A stretch of 64,000 nt of DNA, taken from an uncultured delta proteobacterium. GTDB lineage: Bacteria > Desulfobacterota > WTBG01. This document shows, piece by piece, positions 38,201 to 47,824 of the stretch. How positions within the stretch are numbered: the first letter of the stretch is position 1; every line of letters starts with the position of its first letter. Made by a program: the position numbers and the translations under genes. The stretch covers positions 1,206,998 through 1,270,997 of the forward strand of contig CAWCBP010000001.1 of NCBI GenBank assembly GCA_963793865.1, read 5' to 3'. Under the pieces are notes generated by a model, which ran no database searches, was not told the DNA's origin, and saw only the letters and a list, made by a program, of their open reading frames with translations.

Positions 38201-39580
38201 ATGAAAAACATAACCAGCAACGGCAAAACGACACTCCTTGTTGCCGCCACGGTCTTGGTCATTGCCACTATAGTAGCAACGGGCAGGTGGCGCGCTGTTC
38301 CGGAGAACAGCAGCGCTGCTTCAGACAGCCATGCAGCCGAGGAAGTATCACCATCCCCCCATCAACATGAAAACGATGCTGCAGATGGAGAAGAGGTAAT
38401 TTCAGATCTTGACAGGCCGGTGGATGAGTTGTGGAAGGCAACATGCGAGCACGAAATGCCGACCCATGCCTGCAGCGAGTGCAGGTACGAAATTGGCGTT
38501 GTCAAGCTCTCGCCTGAAGTGATGGGAAACGGCGGCGAGGCCGGCCTGGTCACTACGGTAACCGCTGAAGCGAAGGACTTTTCGAGAATCCTTTCTCTCA
38601 TTGGCGACATCAGCATGAATGAATCACAAACCGTCCGCATCTCAAGCCCTGAGGCCGGTATAGCGCGCAGCTTTATTGCAGATATCGGGCAAAAAGTTGC
38701 ACCGGGTGACCGTGTCATCGAAATAGACAGCAAAGAAGTGGCAGAAGCCAAGGCGGATTATCTGAAAAAGCTTGCGATGGTGAAGCTGGCCAGGAAAAAT
38801 GCCGAGCGCGAAGCATCGCTTTTCGCAAAAAAAATATCCGCAGAAATTGAAGTGCAGGAAGCCAGGGCAAAGCTGGCCGAGGCGGAAATTGAATGGGCGA
38901 ACGCACAGGGCCATCTGAAAACCCACGGCCTCACCCAGGCTGACATCGACCGGCTGAGTCAGGGAACGCTTCAGACCATAGACGGAATATTTTCTCTGCG
39001 CTCACCGATTGCGGGTATTGTTCTCAACCGCTCCGTCAATGCAGGCGAGCAGGTGGAACCGGGTAAAGAGCTTTTGCTCATATCCGACCTTACCAACGTA
39101 TGGGTCTGGGCCAACATTAAGGAAGAAGATCTCGTCCAGCTTCAACAGGGGGAAAAGGTTGTGGCTGAAATCGAGGTGCCCGGCATGGGCGGGAAAAGGC
39201 ACAGCGGCACCATGGACCTGGTTTCAGGCGATATTAATGCGCAGACCCATAATGCACGGGCGCGCATCGTCGTCCCCAACACTGACGGCCTGTTGAAACC
39301 CGGCATGTTTGTCAATATCCGTCTTCTGTTGCCGGGAACAGAACCCTCAATCATCATACCAAAAGTGGCGGTTTTGTCTGACGAGGGCCGCCAGTTCGTA
39401 TTTGTTCATAAACAAGATGACTACTGGATCCGCCGTCCGGTTACCACGGGGGCCGGCTTTAATGACCAGATATCAATCCTCAGCGGTCTCTCGATGGGTC
39501 AGAAGATTATAGCAGACGGATCGTTTCTTTTGAAATCAGACGTGTTGAGAGAAAAAATGGGCGCAGGATGCGCAGACTAG
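38201..39580 (+). CDS. czcB: RND periplasmic adaptor (CzcB-like) with a Cys/His metal motif
   Basis: LRSPIAG, VWVWANI and LKPGMFV; CEH...C.EC near the N-terminus; C-terminal GAGCAD. Confidence 0.88.
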   Translation: MKNITSNGKTTLLVAATVLVIATIVATGRWRAVPENSSAASDSHAAEEVSPSPHQHENDAADGEEVISDLDRPVDELWKATCEHEMPTHACSECRYEIGVVKLSPEVMGNGGEAGLVTTVTAEAKDFSRILSLIGDISMNESQTVRISSPEAGIARSFIADIGQKVAPGDRVIEIDSKEVAEAKADYLKKLAMVKLARKNAEREASLFAKKISAEIEVQEARAKLAEAEIEWANAQGHLKTHGLTQADIDRLSQGTLQTIDGIFSLRSPIAGIVLNRSVNAGEQVEPGKELLLISDLTNVWVWANIKEEDLVQLQQGEKVVAEIEVPGMGGKRHSGTMDLVSGDINAQTHNARARIVVPNTDGLLKPGMFVNIRLLLPGTEPSIIIPKVAVLSDEGRQFVFVHKQDDYWIRRPVTTGAGFNDQISILSGLSMGQKIIADGSFLLKSDVLREKMGAGCAD

Positions 39581-39589
39581 GAGAGAATA

Positions 39590-42500
39590 ATGCGAACATA
39601 CATAGAATATCTTCTCCGGTGGCGTGTAATGGTGCTGTTTCTCACCTTGCTGCTGGTAGTAACGGGAATAGTTGCGTGGATTTCACTCCCCATCGATGCC
39701 TTCCCTGATGTCACCAATATACAGGTAATGGTTTTAACCGAAGCGCCCGGACTCTCCGCTGTCGACGTGGAACAGCAGATCAGCTATCCGATTGAATTAC
39801 AGATGGGGGGCATCCCCCGGGTTCTGCAGGTTCGTTCGCTTTCCAAAGCCGGACTATCGCAGGTAGTGGTGGTATTCGATGATGATGTGGACATTTACTT
39901 CGCCCGGCAGCAGGTCTTCGAGAGAATACAAACGGCACGAGAAGTCTTACCCCCGTCTGCCGACCCGGAACTGGGACCCATCAGCACGGGACTGGGTGAA
40001 ATTTATCAATACACGCTTGAAAGCAGCACGCTCTCACCCATGGAGCTTCGAACCATCCAGGACTACATGGTAAGTCCCCAGCTCAAGCCCATACCCGGGG
40101 TAAATGAGGTCAACAGCTTTGGCGGGTTCGTCAAGCAATATCATGTCCTGGTCCGGCCCGAATCCTTGTTGAAATACGACCTGACACTCCGCGAGGTTGT
40201 TGAGTCCATCGAAAATAACAACGCCAATGCAGCGGCAGGCTTTATTGTGAAGGGCTGGGAGCAGACCTATATCCGGGGCATGGGACTTCTCAAGGGAACC
40301 GAGGACATAGAACACATCGTTTTGCGAGCGCGGGACGGCATTCCCGTCTATGTTTCCGATATCGCAGAGGTAACGGTGGGGCATCAGCCCCGCCAGGGCG
40401 CGGTAACCCGTGACGGTAAGGGAGAGTCTCTGGCGGGGATGGTGATCATGCTGCGCGGCGCAAACTCAAAAAACGTTGTATCAGCGGTCAAGGGAGCCAT
40501 CCCGAAAATCCAGCAGAGCCTGCCCGCAGGGGTCACCATCAATCCCTTTTATGATCGCACCGCACTCATCCAGGCCTGCATTAAAACAGTCACTGATGCG
40601 CTGCTTGAAGGCGGTATCTTCGTCATCCTCATTTTGTTTATCTTTCTCGCGGAATTTCGCACGTCGCTGATTGTGGTCATATCCCTGCCCATCACTTACT
40701 TGCTGACCTTCCCGGTGATGCAATGGGTTGGACTGACATCAAATTTGATGAGTCTGGGAGGGCTGGCGTTCTCGGTGGGAATGGTGGTAGACGCATCCAT
40801 TGTTATTACCGAAAACATACGCCGGCATTTCTCTGAAAATAACGACCGCACCCTGCGCAGGGAAATAACCATTCAGTCCGTCTGTGAGGTTGCCAGGCCG
40901 GTGGCATTTTCAATCCTGATCATCGTGGTTGTCCTTTTTCCCCTTCTTTCACTGCAAGGGGTTGAGGGAAAGATGTTTATTCCTCTGGCGCTCACCATGC
41001 TCATCGCAATATTTCTGTCGCTCATTGTCGCGCTGACCATCATTCCCGTGGTTTCAGAAACCGTTTTGCACCAGAAACCGGAGAAGGAATTCAGAATCAT
41101 AACGCGGCTGCATAGCGGCTACCTCAATTTTTTGGCCCGCGTGCGGAACAGATCGCAACGCACCCTCATCATCTCCGTGATCGTGCTCATCGTCGCCGGT
41201 GGTATCGCCACCAGACTGGGAACCGAATTTATTCCCAACCTGGATGAAGGATCCATTGCCATTAATATTGTTCGACTTCCCAATGCATCGCTTGAAGGTT
41301 CCAAAGCGGTGTCCACCTTTCTGGAAAAGCGGATTATGGCAAGCATGCCTGAAGTGTCTGCCGTTGTTTCCAAGACCGGCCGTGCTGAAATATCCGAAGA
41401 CCCCATGGGTCCCGAGCAGACGGATATTTTTATCATGCTCAAGCCGCGCAATGAATGGAAGAGCGGGCGCAGCAAGGCTGAGCTGGTTATGGCGCTGCAA
41501 AATGAGATTTCAGCCATTCCCGGCATACGCGCATCATTTTCTCAGCCCATCGCGCTGCGGGTCAATGAACTCATTTCAGGGGTGAAAAGCGATCTTGCCG
41601 TCAAGGTCTTCGGTCAGGACATCGCAACGCTCAAGTCGTTTGCAGACCGCGCTGCCGCGAAGCTTTCAAACATCCGTGGCGCCCAGGATGTAAAGGTCGA
41701 ACAGGTATCGGGCATGGAACAGATCGAAGTTGAGCTCAACCGCCGGGAAATGGCGCGTTTCGGCATTAATGTTTCCGATGTAAATGAGCTTATGGAAATT
41801 GCCGTTGCCGGGAAAACGGCTACCACCGCCATCGATGGGCAAATGCGCATTGCCACGGTGGTGCGTTTCCCTGCCGGCGAGCAGACGGGCATTGAGGATC
41901 TGAAACAACTGCTGGTTCGTGGAGCGACCGGGGAAATCGTCCCTCTTGCCCGCATCGCCCGGATAACCCTGGTGGAAGGTCCTGCCCAGATCAGCCGTGA
42001 AAAGGGAATACGCCGCGTCGTCGCCGAAGTAAACATCCGGGGGCGTGACCTGGGAAGTTTTGTTGCTGAAGCGCAAAACACACTCTCGGAGCTGGAAAAG
42101 GAACTTCCCCCCGGTTACTTCATGGAATACGGCGGGCAATTTGAAAACCAGCAGCGCGCCATGAAACGGCTTTCCATTGTTGTTCCTATTGCATTGCTGC
42201 TTATCCTGCTTTTTCTCTATCTTGCCCTGGGCTCGATCAGAGATTCGCTGCTGGTTTTGTTGAATCTTCCCTTTGCGCTGGTCGGAGGCATAGTGGCCAT
42301 TTGGGCATATCGCATGCCGCTCTCGGTGTCGGCTGCCGTATCCTTCATTGTACTCCTGGGCATTGCAGTTCAAAACGGTGTTGTTCTGATTGCCTTCTTC
42401 CGCCAGCTGCGGGATGAGGGTAAAAGCGTTGCGGAAACCATACATATCGGCTGTAAAGTGCGGTTCCGGCCGCTGCTCATGACTGCGCTGGTAAGCTTTA

Positions 42501-42673
42501 TAGGCCACCTGCCCATGCTCTACGCCACCGGATCCGGCGCCGACATTCAAAAGCCTCTCGCCGTTGTAGTCATGGGGGGACTCATAACTTCCACCTTCCT
42601 CACCCTGGTGATACTGCCGACCGTTTATGGATGGTTCGAAACGCGGAAAGAAAGGCGGCAACTCAATCAATAA
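39590..42673 (+). CDS. czcA: Heavy-metal RND efflux transporter (CzcA/CusA family)
   Basis: PIDAFPDVTN.QV, GPISTGLGEIY, NLMSLGG, GMVVD and FRPLLMTA. Confidence 0.93.
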   Translation: MRTYIEYLLRWRVMVLFLTLLLVVTGIVAWISLPIDAFPDVTNIQVMVLTEAPGLSAVDVEQQISYPIELQMGGIPRVLQVRSLSKAGLSQVVVVFDDDVDIYFARQQVFERIQTAREVLPPSADPELGPISTGLGEIYQYTLESSTLSPMELRTIQDYMVSPQLKPIPGVNEVNSFGGFVKQYHVLVRPESLLKYDLTLREVVESIENNNANAAAGFIVKGWEQTYIRGMGLLKGTEDIEHIVLRARDGIPVYVSDIAEVTVGHQPRQGAVTRDGKGESLAGMVIMLRGANSKNVVSAVKGAIPKIQQSLPAGVTINPFYDRTALIQACIKTVTDALLEGGIFVILILFIFLAEFRTSLIVVISLPITYLLTFPVMQWVGLTSNLMSLGGLAFSVGMVVDASIVITENIRRHFSENNDRTLRREITIQSVCEVARPVAFSILIIVVVLFPLLSLQGVEGKMFIPLALTMLIAIFLSLIVALTIIPVVSETVLHQKPEKEFRIITRLHSGYLNFLARVRNRSQRTLIISVIVLIVAGGIATRLGTEFIPNLDEGSIAINIVRLPNASLEGSKAVSTFLEKRIMASMPEVSAVVSKTGRAEISEDPMGPEQTDIFIMLKPRNEWKSGRSKAELVMALQNEISAIPGIRASFSQPIALRVNELISGVKSDLAVKVFGQDIATLKSFADRAAAKLSNIRGAQDVKVEQVSGMEQIEVELNRREMARFGINVSDVNELMEIAVAGKTATTAIDGQMRIATVVRFPAGEQTGIEDLKQLLVRGATGEIVPLARIARITLVEGPAQISREKGIRRVVAEVNIRGRDLGSFVAEAQNTLSELEKELPPGYFMEYGGQFENQQRAMKRLSIVVPIALLLILLFLYLALGSIRDSLLVLLNLPFALVGGIVAIWAYRMPLSVSAAVSFIVLLGIAVQNGVVLIAFFRQLRDEGKSVAETIHIGCKVRFRPLLMTALVSFIGHLPMLYATGSGADIQKPLAVVVMGGLITSTFLTLVILPTVYGWFETRKERRQLNQ

Positions 42674-42700
42674 ACCCACTGATGCGAGGAGAGAATTGAG

Positions 42701-43042
42701 ATGAAAATGATAATAGCTTACATAAAACCCAACATGCTTTCCAAAGTAGCCATGGCCCTGCATAACCTTGAAGAGCTTACCGGACTCAGCGTGACGAAAG
42801 TGCAGGGGTTCGGCCGGCACAGGGCCAAGGGTGCCCAGGACCGGATTATTGAAAACATGGTGGAATATGTCCCCCATATCAAAATCGAGATTTTCTGTAA
42901 GGACGCTCTTGCCAACCGGATCACCTCCGTCATTATGGAAAATGCGCACACCGGGCTTAGGGGTGATGGGAAAGTGTATGTTATGCCCGTTGAGGAAGCG
43001 ATCCGTATCAGTACCGGTGAAAAGGGTGAAAACGCAATCTGA
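42701..43042 (+). CDS. P-II family regulator
   Basis: MKMIIAYIKP, V.GFGR, AHTG..GDGKV and IRISTGE.G. Confidence 0.9.
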   Translation: MKMIIAYIKPNMLSKVAMALHNLEELTGLSVTKVQGFGRHRAKGAQDRIIENMVEYVPHIKIEIFCKDALANRITSVIMENAHTGLRGDGKVYVMPVEEAIRISTGEKGENAI

Positions 43043-43138
43043 ATGATCCACACCTTTAACCGCAGCGCTTCAGTAAAAGCGTCTTTTTCATATTTTTGTA
43101 ATTTCATTTTGTTCCCCGCCTGTAGTAGTATTACATGG

Positions 43139-43228
43139 CAGGTTGTTGAAAAACACTGTTGTGGCTAAAAAGCCCCTCCCCCCCTTGAGCCTTTTAACAG
43201 CTTGAGAAAATACTTTTTCAACAACCTG
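43139..43228. mobile_element. MITE-like element, copy B
   Basis: Perfect 15-bp TIR CAGGTTGTTGAAAAA / TTTTTCAACAACCTG. Confidence 0.7.
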
Positions 43229-43264
43229 ATAGAGTAACCTTCTTTTTGTGCGAGGCCCTTTGCT

Positions 43265-43468
43265 ATGCGGCAATGCGATCAGGAAAAAAATCTGAAAGAC
43301 TGTACCTGTACCTATACTTCATGCTCGAAGCAGGGCATCTGCTGCGAGTGCGTGGCCTATCACCGGTCCCGCCGCGAATTGCCCGGATGCTTTTTCCCCA
43401 AAGAGGTGGAGAAAACCTATGACAGAAGCATAGAGAGATTTGTAAAAGCCTGGAAGGCGAAAGGCTAA
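43265..43468 (+). CDS. Small Cys-rich protein (DUF6485-like)
   Basis: CTCTY..C.K.G.CCEC..YH....LPGCFF...E.TYDRS. Confidence 0.8.
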   Translation: MRQCDQEKNLKDCTCTYTSCSKQGICCECVAYHRSRRELPGCFFPKEVEKTYDRSIERFVKAWKAKG

Positions 43469-43622
43469 AAACAGCCTTTTTAAAAAAATCATCATTTTGC
43501 AAAATAATATTTGATTTCCTTTTTCGTTTGGTTATTATCATTTACCAAACGGGCTCAAGGGAGATGCGTCGCCCTTTGAGCATACGCATTAAAACAGGAA
43601 GTTTTTATCGAAGGCAAAAAAC

Positions 43623-44165
43623 ATGCAGAATGTACCCAAAAAAATCTTCTTTACCAAGGGTGTCGGCAGACACAAAGAGGAGCTTCGTTCCTTTGAGCTT
43701 GCCCTGAGAGACGCGGGGATAGAAAAATCCAACCTGGTGTCGGTTTCGAGCATTTTCCCGCCGAAATGTAAAGTAGTGTCCCGAAAGCACGGGCTGGAAG
43801 CGCTGACGCCGGGAGAGATCACCTACTGCGTTCTGGCACGGTGCAGCAGCAATGAATTCAGCCGGCTGATCGCCGCTTCCATCGGCTGTGCCCTTCCCAA
43901 CGACAAGAACCTGTACGGTTACTTAAGCGAGCATCACGCGTACGGACAAACTGAAAAATATGCCGGCGATTACGCGGAGGATCTGGCCGCGGCCATGCTT
44001 GCCTCAACCCTGGGCATCGAATTCGATGACGACAAGTGCTGGGATGAAAAACAGGAAGTGTACCGCATCAGCGGTAAGATTGTTAGAACCACCAATATCA
44101 CCCAGTCAGCCATCGTAAAACACGGCTACTGCACTGTTCTTGCCGCCGCCGTGTTCCTCTTTTAA
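43623..44165 (+). CDS. pdaD: Pyruvoyl-dependent arginine decarboxylase
   Basis: [22 protein letters not shown] self-cleavage motif and YGYLSEHH. Confidence 0.9.
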   Translation: MQNVPKKIFFTKGVGRHKEELRSFELALRDAGIEKSNLVSVSSIFPPKCKVVSRKHGLEALTPGEITYCVLARCSSNEFSRLIAASIGCALPNDKNLYGYLSEHHAYGQTEKYAGDYAEDLAAAMLASTLGIEFDDDKCWDEKQEVYRISGKIVRTTNITQSAIVKHGYCTVLAAAVFLF

Positions 44166-44367
44166 CCTGCCCTGTTTTCAGGTTGCCTTAGCAGCACCGA
44201 AATTGCGTCACTATAATCAGCCAGCCAATCGATCCCGGTCGACACTTTGATAATCGCATTCTCACGAGAAAACGGAGCGCAGAAAATATCAATTATTCTC
44301 TGTTGCTTTAGCAACAAGATTTTCGTATAATACCTATCGTTCCTGGGACACAATCTTTAGGGGCATC

Positions 44368-45129
44368 GTGCGGGGTAAAACCCTGAAAGTTATCATCCTG
44401 GTTGCTCTCGTCGCCCTGTGGCAGCTTGTGTCATCTTCCTCGCTTTTTGTGCACCGGGTCATCCCCTCCCCCTGGGAAACCGTGCTCAGCATTAAGACCC
44501 TCTCCCTTGCCGGATTACCCCAGGGCTACAGGCTTATCACACACATAGAGGAAAGCCTGTACCGGGTCCTTTCCGGATTTTCCCTGGCCCTCCTTGTAGC
44601 CATCCCGCTGGGCATCATCATGGGCTGGTCGAAGGTCTTGAGAGAGCTGGTTACCCCGCTGGTGGAAATCCTCCGGCCCATACCCCCTCTTGCCTGGATT
44701 CCCCTTGCCATCTTCTGGTTCGGCATCGGCCTGAAATCAGCCGTCTTTATAATCTTTCTGGGCGCGTTTTTTCCCATACTTCTGAGCACCGTGTCCGGCG
44801 TGCTCTCAGTTGACACCCTGCTCATCGAGGCCGCGCGAACCCTGGGTGCGCGACGCAGGGACATCTATGTCAAGATATTGATACCGGGCGCGACGCCCGC
44901 CATTTACACCGGCGCGAGAATCGGCATGGGAATAGCCTGGATGACGCTTATCGCCGCCGAGTTTACCGGGGTCAAGAGCGGCTATGGCCTGGGCTACATG
45001 ATCATGGTCGCCCGCGACATACAGCGGCCCGATCACATTGTTGCCGGCATGATTATCATCGGCGTCATCGGGTACACGCTGGACATTTGCCTGAGGGGAA
45101 TTGAGCACACATTGCTCAGATGGCGATGA
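44368..45129 (+). CDS. ABC transporter permease, NitT/TauT family
   Basis: LRPIPPLAWIP and the EAA motif EAARTLGA. Confidence 0.92.
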   Translation: MRGKTLKVIILVALVALWQLVSSSSLFVHRVIPSPWETVLSIKTLSLAGLPQGYRLITHIEESLYRVLSGFSLALLVAIPLGIIMGWSKVLRELVTPLVEILRPIPPLAWIPLAIFWFGIGLKSAVFIIFLGAFFPILLSTVSGVLSVDTLLIEAARTLGARRRDIYVKILIPGATPAIYTGARIGMGIAWMTLIAAEFTGVKSGYGLGYMIMVARDIQRPDHIVAGMIIIGVIGYTLDICLRGIEHTLLRWR

Positions 45130-45209
45130 GCGGGGAAGCTGCGTATCGTTTACCGGCAGCGCCTCATTGCACGATTGATAGTAAACAGGACTACCGGTCG
45201 AAAAACACA

Positions 45210-45984
45210 ATGAGTCTTGAGCTGAGCGGCATACATAAAGTTTATTCGCAGGCGCATGCGGGTGAAACACTGGAGGCCCTGCGGGACATCAATCTCACCG
45301 TCGAGGCCGGCAGCTTCGTTTCCATTATCGGTCCCAGCGGCTGCGGCAAGACAACCCTGCTTCGGATCATCTGCGGACTGGAACAGCCCACCCGCGGTAC
45401 CGTGCTGCTGGGAGGAAGAAAGATCGATAAGCCGGACGGCAGCATCGGCCTCATCTTCCAGGAATTCGCCCTGTTTCCCTGGCGCAACGTCATTGACAAT
45501 ATCGGATTCAGCCTGGAGGTGCAAAACGTCCCCAAGCAGGAACGGCGGAGAACGGGCATTGTTCTACCTCAAGAAGTTCGGTCTGGATGAGTTCGCGCAC
45601 ACCTTTCCCAAGGAACTCTCCGGGGGCATGAAGCAGCGCGTGGCCATCGCGCGCACCCTGATCAATGATCCCGGGCTGCTGCTTATGGACGAGCCGTTCG
45701 GATCGCTCGATTCGCAGTCGCGCAATGCCATGCAGGAATTCCTGCTGCAGGTCTGGCAGGAAACCGGTAAAACCATTATCTTCATCAGCCACAACATAGA
45801 TGAAACCGTCTTTCTGAGCCAGAGGGTCATCGGTTTTTCCCAGCGGCCCGGCGCCATCAAACTTGATCTGCCAATCGACCTGCCCTATCCCCGGGAGCGG
45901 ACGGGCCAGGATTTTAACCGCTACCGCAAGACAATTCTGGATTACCTGTCACAGGAAAGGAACCCGCGTGCCGGCCGGCAGTAA
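45210..45984 (+). CDS. ABC transporter ATP-binding protein, NitT/TauT family; 1-nt insertion near 45549
   Basis: Walker A GPSGCGKT in one frame; LSGGMKQR and MDEPF in the next. Confidence 0.9.
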
Positions 45985-45994
45985 CCAGGGTGAT

Positions 45995-47065
45995 GTGAAC
46001 CGCCATCTTTCCGTTCATCTCCAGAGCATGGGGCTCAGGATAGAGGCGCCCCTTGAACGCAGAAAGGGAGGCGCCGGACCCGCGGAGGGCGTTACCGTCA
46101 TTCTGAATGGAAGGCCGTTAACCGTTCCCACCCTCGGCAGCTTCGTGGCACAATCATCCTATTCGCTTCAAAGCCGTAATGGCGAGCACCACATCTTCAA
46201 AGATGGAAGCCCTCTCAGTCAGGTTACCGTGCCCGGCATCCCTCGCTACTATCAGCTGACAACAGCTCAAGGTATACCCTACAGCTCCATCGCGCTGCTT
46301 CACGGCGACCGCTGCCTGGGCTCCACTGTCTTTCAAACCTGCAGGTACTGGAATTCACCCCGGCGGTGCGCCTTTTGCGGCATCGAGCTCTCCCTTCGGA
46401 ACAGTGCAACCGTTCACACCAAGAGCCCGGAGCAGCTCCTTGAAGTTGCTCAGGCCGCTTTACGGTTGGACGGCATCGAGCACATAACCCTGACCACCGG
46501 CACCCTGGCGGACGAATCGGAGGAAATTACCCATCTCGCCTCGTGCTGCAGTGTCATAAAGTCCCAAACCTCGCTTCCCATTCATGTGCAGATCATGCCC
46601 CCGACAGATCCGGGATTGCTGGAGCTGCTCAAGGCATCAGGAGCCGATACCGTGGGCATTCACATTGAGAGCTTTGATGACGATGTGCTGAGAAAGACGG
46701 CGCCCTGCAAGGCCGCACTTGACAGGGCCCGCTTCATCAGCGGCTGGAAGGAGGCTGTGGCGATCTTCGGCAGAAACCAGGTCAGCTCATTTCTCATAGC
46801 CGGGCTGGGTGAAAAGCCCGACTCCATCATCAAGGGAGCGGCCCTGCTCTGCGATCTGGGTGTTTATCCTTTCATCGTCCCCTTGCGGCCCATCCCCGGC
46901 ACACTGCTGGAATCACAGTGCCCACCTGACCCCGACGCCATGATAGAAATATACCGGCACGCATCCGCCCTCCTGCGGCAAAGCGGTCTATCCTGGAAAA
47001 AAAGCAAGGCAGGCTGCGTGCGCTGCGGCGCCTGCTCCGGCCTGCCCGATTTTGAGAGGTGGTAA
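45995..47065 (+). CDS. Radical SAM protein, MSMEG_0568/NitD-like family
   Basis: RKGGAGP, noncanonical TC.YW....RC.FC, PF.VPLRPIPGT and C-terminal KAGCVRCGACS; start uncertain. Confidence 0.82.
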   Translation: MNRHLSVHLQSMGLRIEAPLERRKGGAGPAEGVTVILNGRPLTVPTLGSFVAQSSYSLQSRNGEHHIFKDGSPLSQVTVPGIPRYYQLTTAQGIPYSSIALLHGDRCLGSTVFQTCRYWNSPRRCAFCGIELSLRNSATVHTKSPEQLLEVAQAALRLDGIEHITLTTGTLADESEEITHLASCCSVIKSQTSLPIHVQIMPPTDPGLLELLKASGADTVGIHIESFDDDVLRKTAPCKAALDRARFISGWKEAVAIFGRNQVSSFLIAGLGEKPDSIIKGAALLCDLGVYPFIVPLRPIPGTLLESQCPPDPDAMIEIYRHASALLRQSGLSWKKSKAGCVRCGACSGLPDFERW

Positions 47066-47110
47066 AAACCCGTCATCGCAGAAATACCTGACCATTACCT
47101 TATGATATGA

Positions 47111-47824
47111 ATGGAGAATGTCTATACCATGGAAGAGCTTATCAGGGTTGTTGACGTATGGAAAAATTACCATGATGCCGAGTCGACAAACGGGGCGGCC
47201 CTTCGGGGGGCCTCCATGACCGTGCATTCGGGTGAGCTGATTGCGGTATACGGCAAAAGCGGTTCGGGCAAAACATCACTGCTCAATATTTTGGCTGGAC
47301 TCGATGCTCCCAGCAAGGGCCTGGTGGCAATCGGAGGGGAAACGCTTGCATCAATGACTGAGCGAAAAAAAACAGACCTGAGGCGCTCGCATATAGGCTT
47401 CATCTTTCAATTTTTCAATCTCCTTCCCACCCTGACAGTATTTGAAAACGTGCTCATTTCCCTGGAATTGCTGGGGAAGGGAAACCGGGGCACGGTCATC
47501 GATGCCCTCAAGGAAGTCGGACTTGAGGGAAAGGAAGAACGATTTCCCCATGAACTTTCCGGCGGGGAACAGCAGCGGGTCGCTATCGCACGGGCGCTGG
47601 TTAAAGACCCGCTGATTGTTCTGGCGGATGAACCGACCGGCAACCTTGATTCTCAGACCAGCAGAGAGATACTCGATCTCTTGTCCCGGCGTTGCCGGGA
47701 AACCACGGCAACCCTCATCATGGTGACCCATAGCCCTCTCTCCTGCACCTATGTCGACCGGATTATGAAGCTCGTCGATGGGGTCATCCGGGAGGAAGCG
47801 GTATCGCCGGAGTCGGACACATGA
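47111..47824 (+). CDS. ABC transporter ATP-binding protein (LolD/MacB-like)
   Basis: [18 protein letters not shown] and ADEPTGNLD. Confidence 0.93.
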   Translation: MENVYTMEELIRVVDVWKNYHDAESTNGAALRGASMTVHSGELIAVYGKSGSGKTSLLNILAGLDAPSKGLVAIGGETLASMTERKKTDLRRSHIGFIFQFFNLLPTLTVFENVLISLELLGKGNRGTVIDALKEVGLEGKEERFPHELSGGEQQRVAIARALVKDPLIVLADEPTGNLDSQTSREILDLLSRRCRETTATLIMVTHSPLSCTYVDRIMKLVDGVIREEAVSPESDT

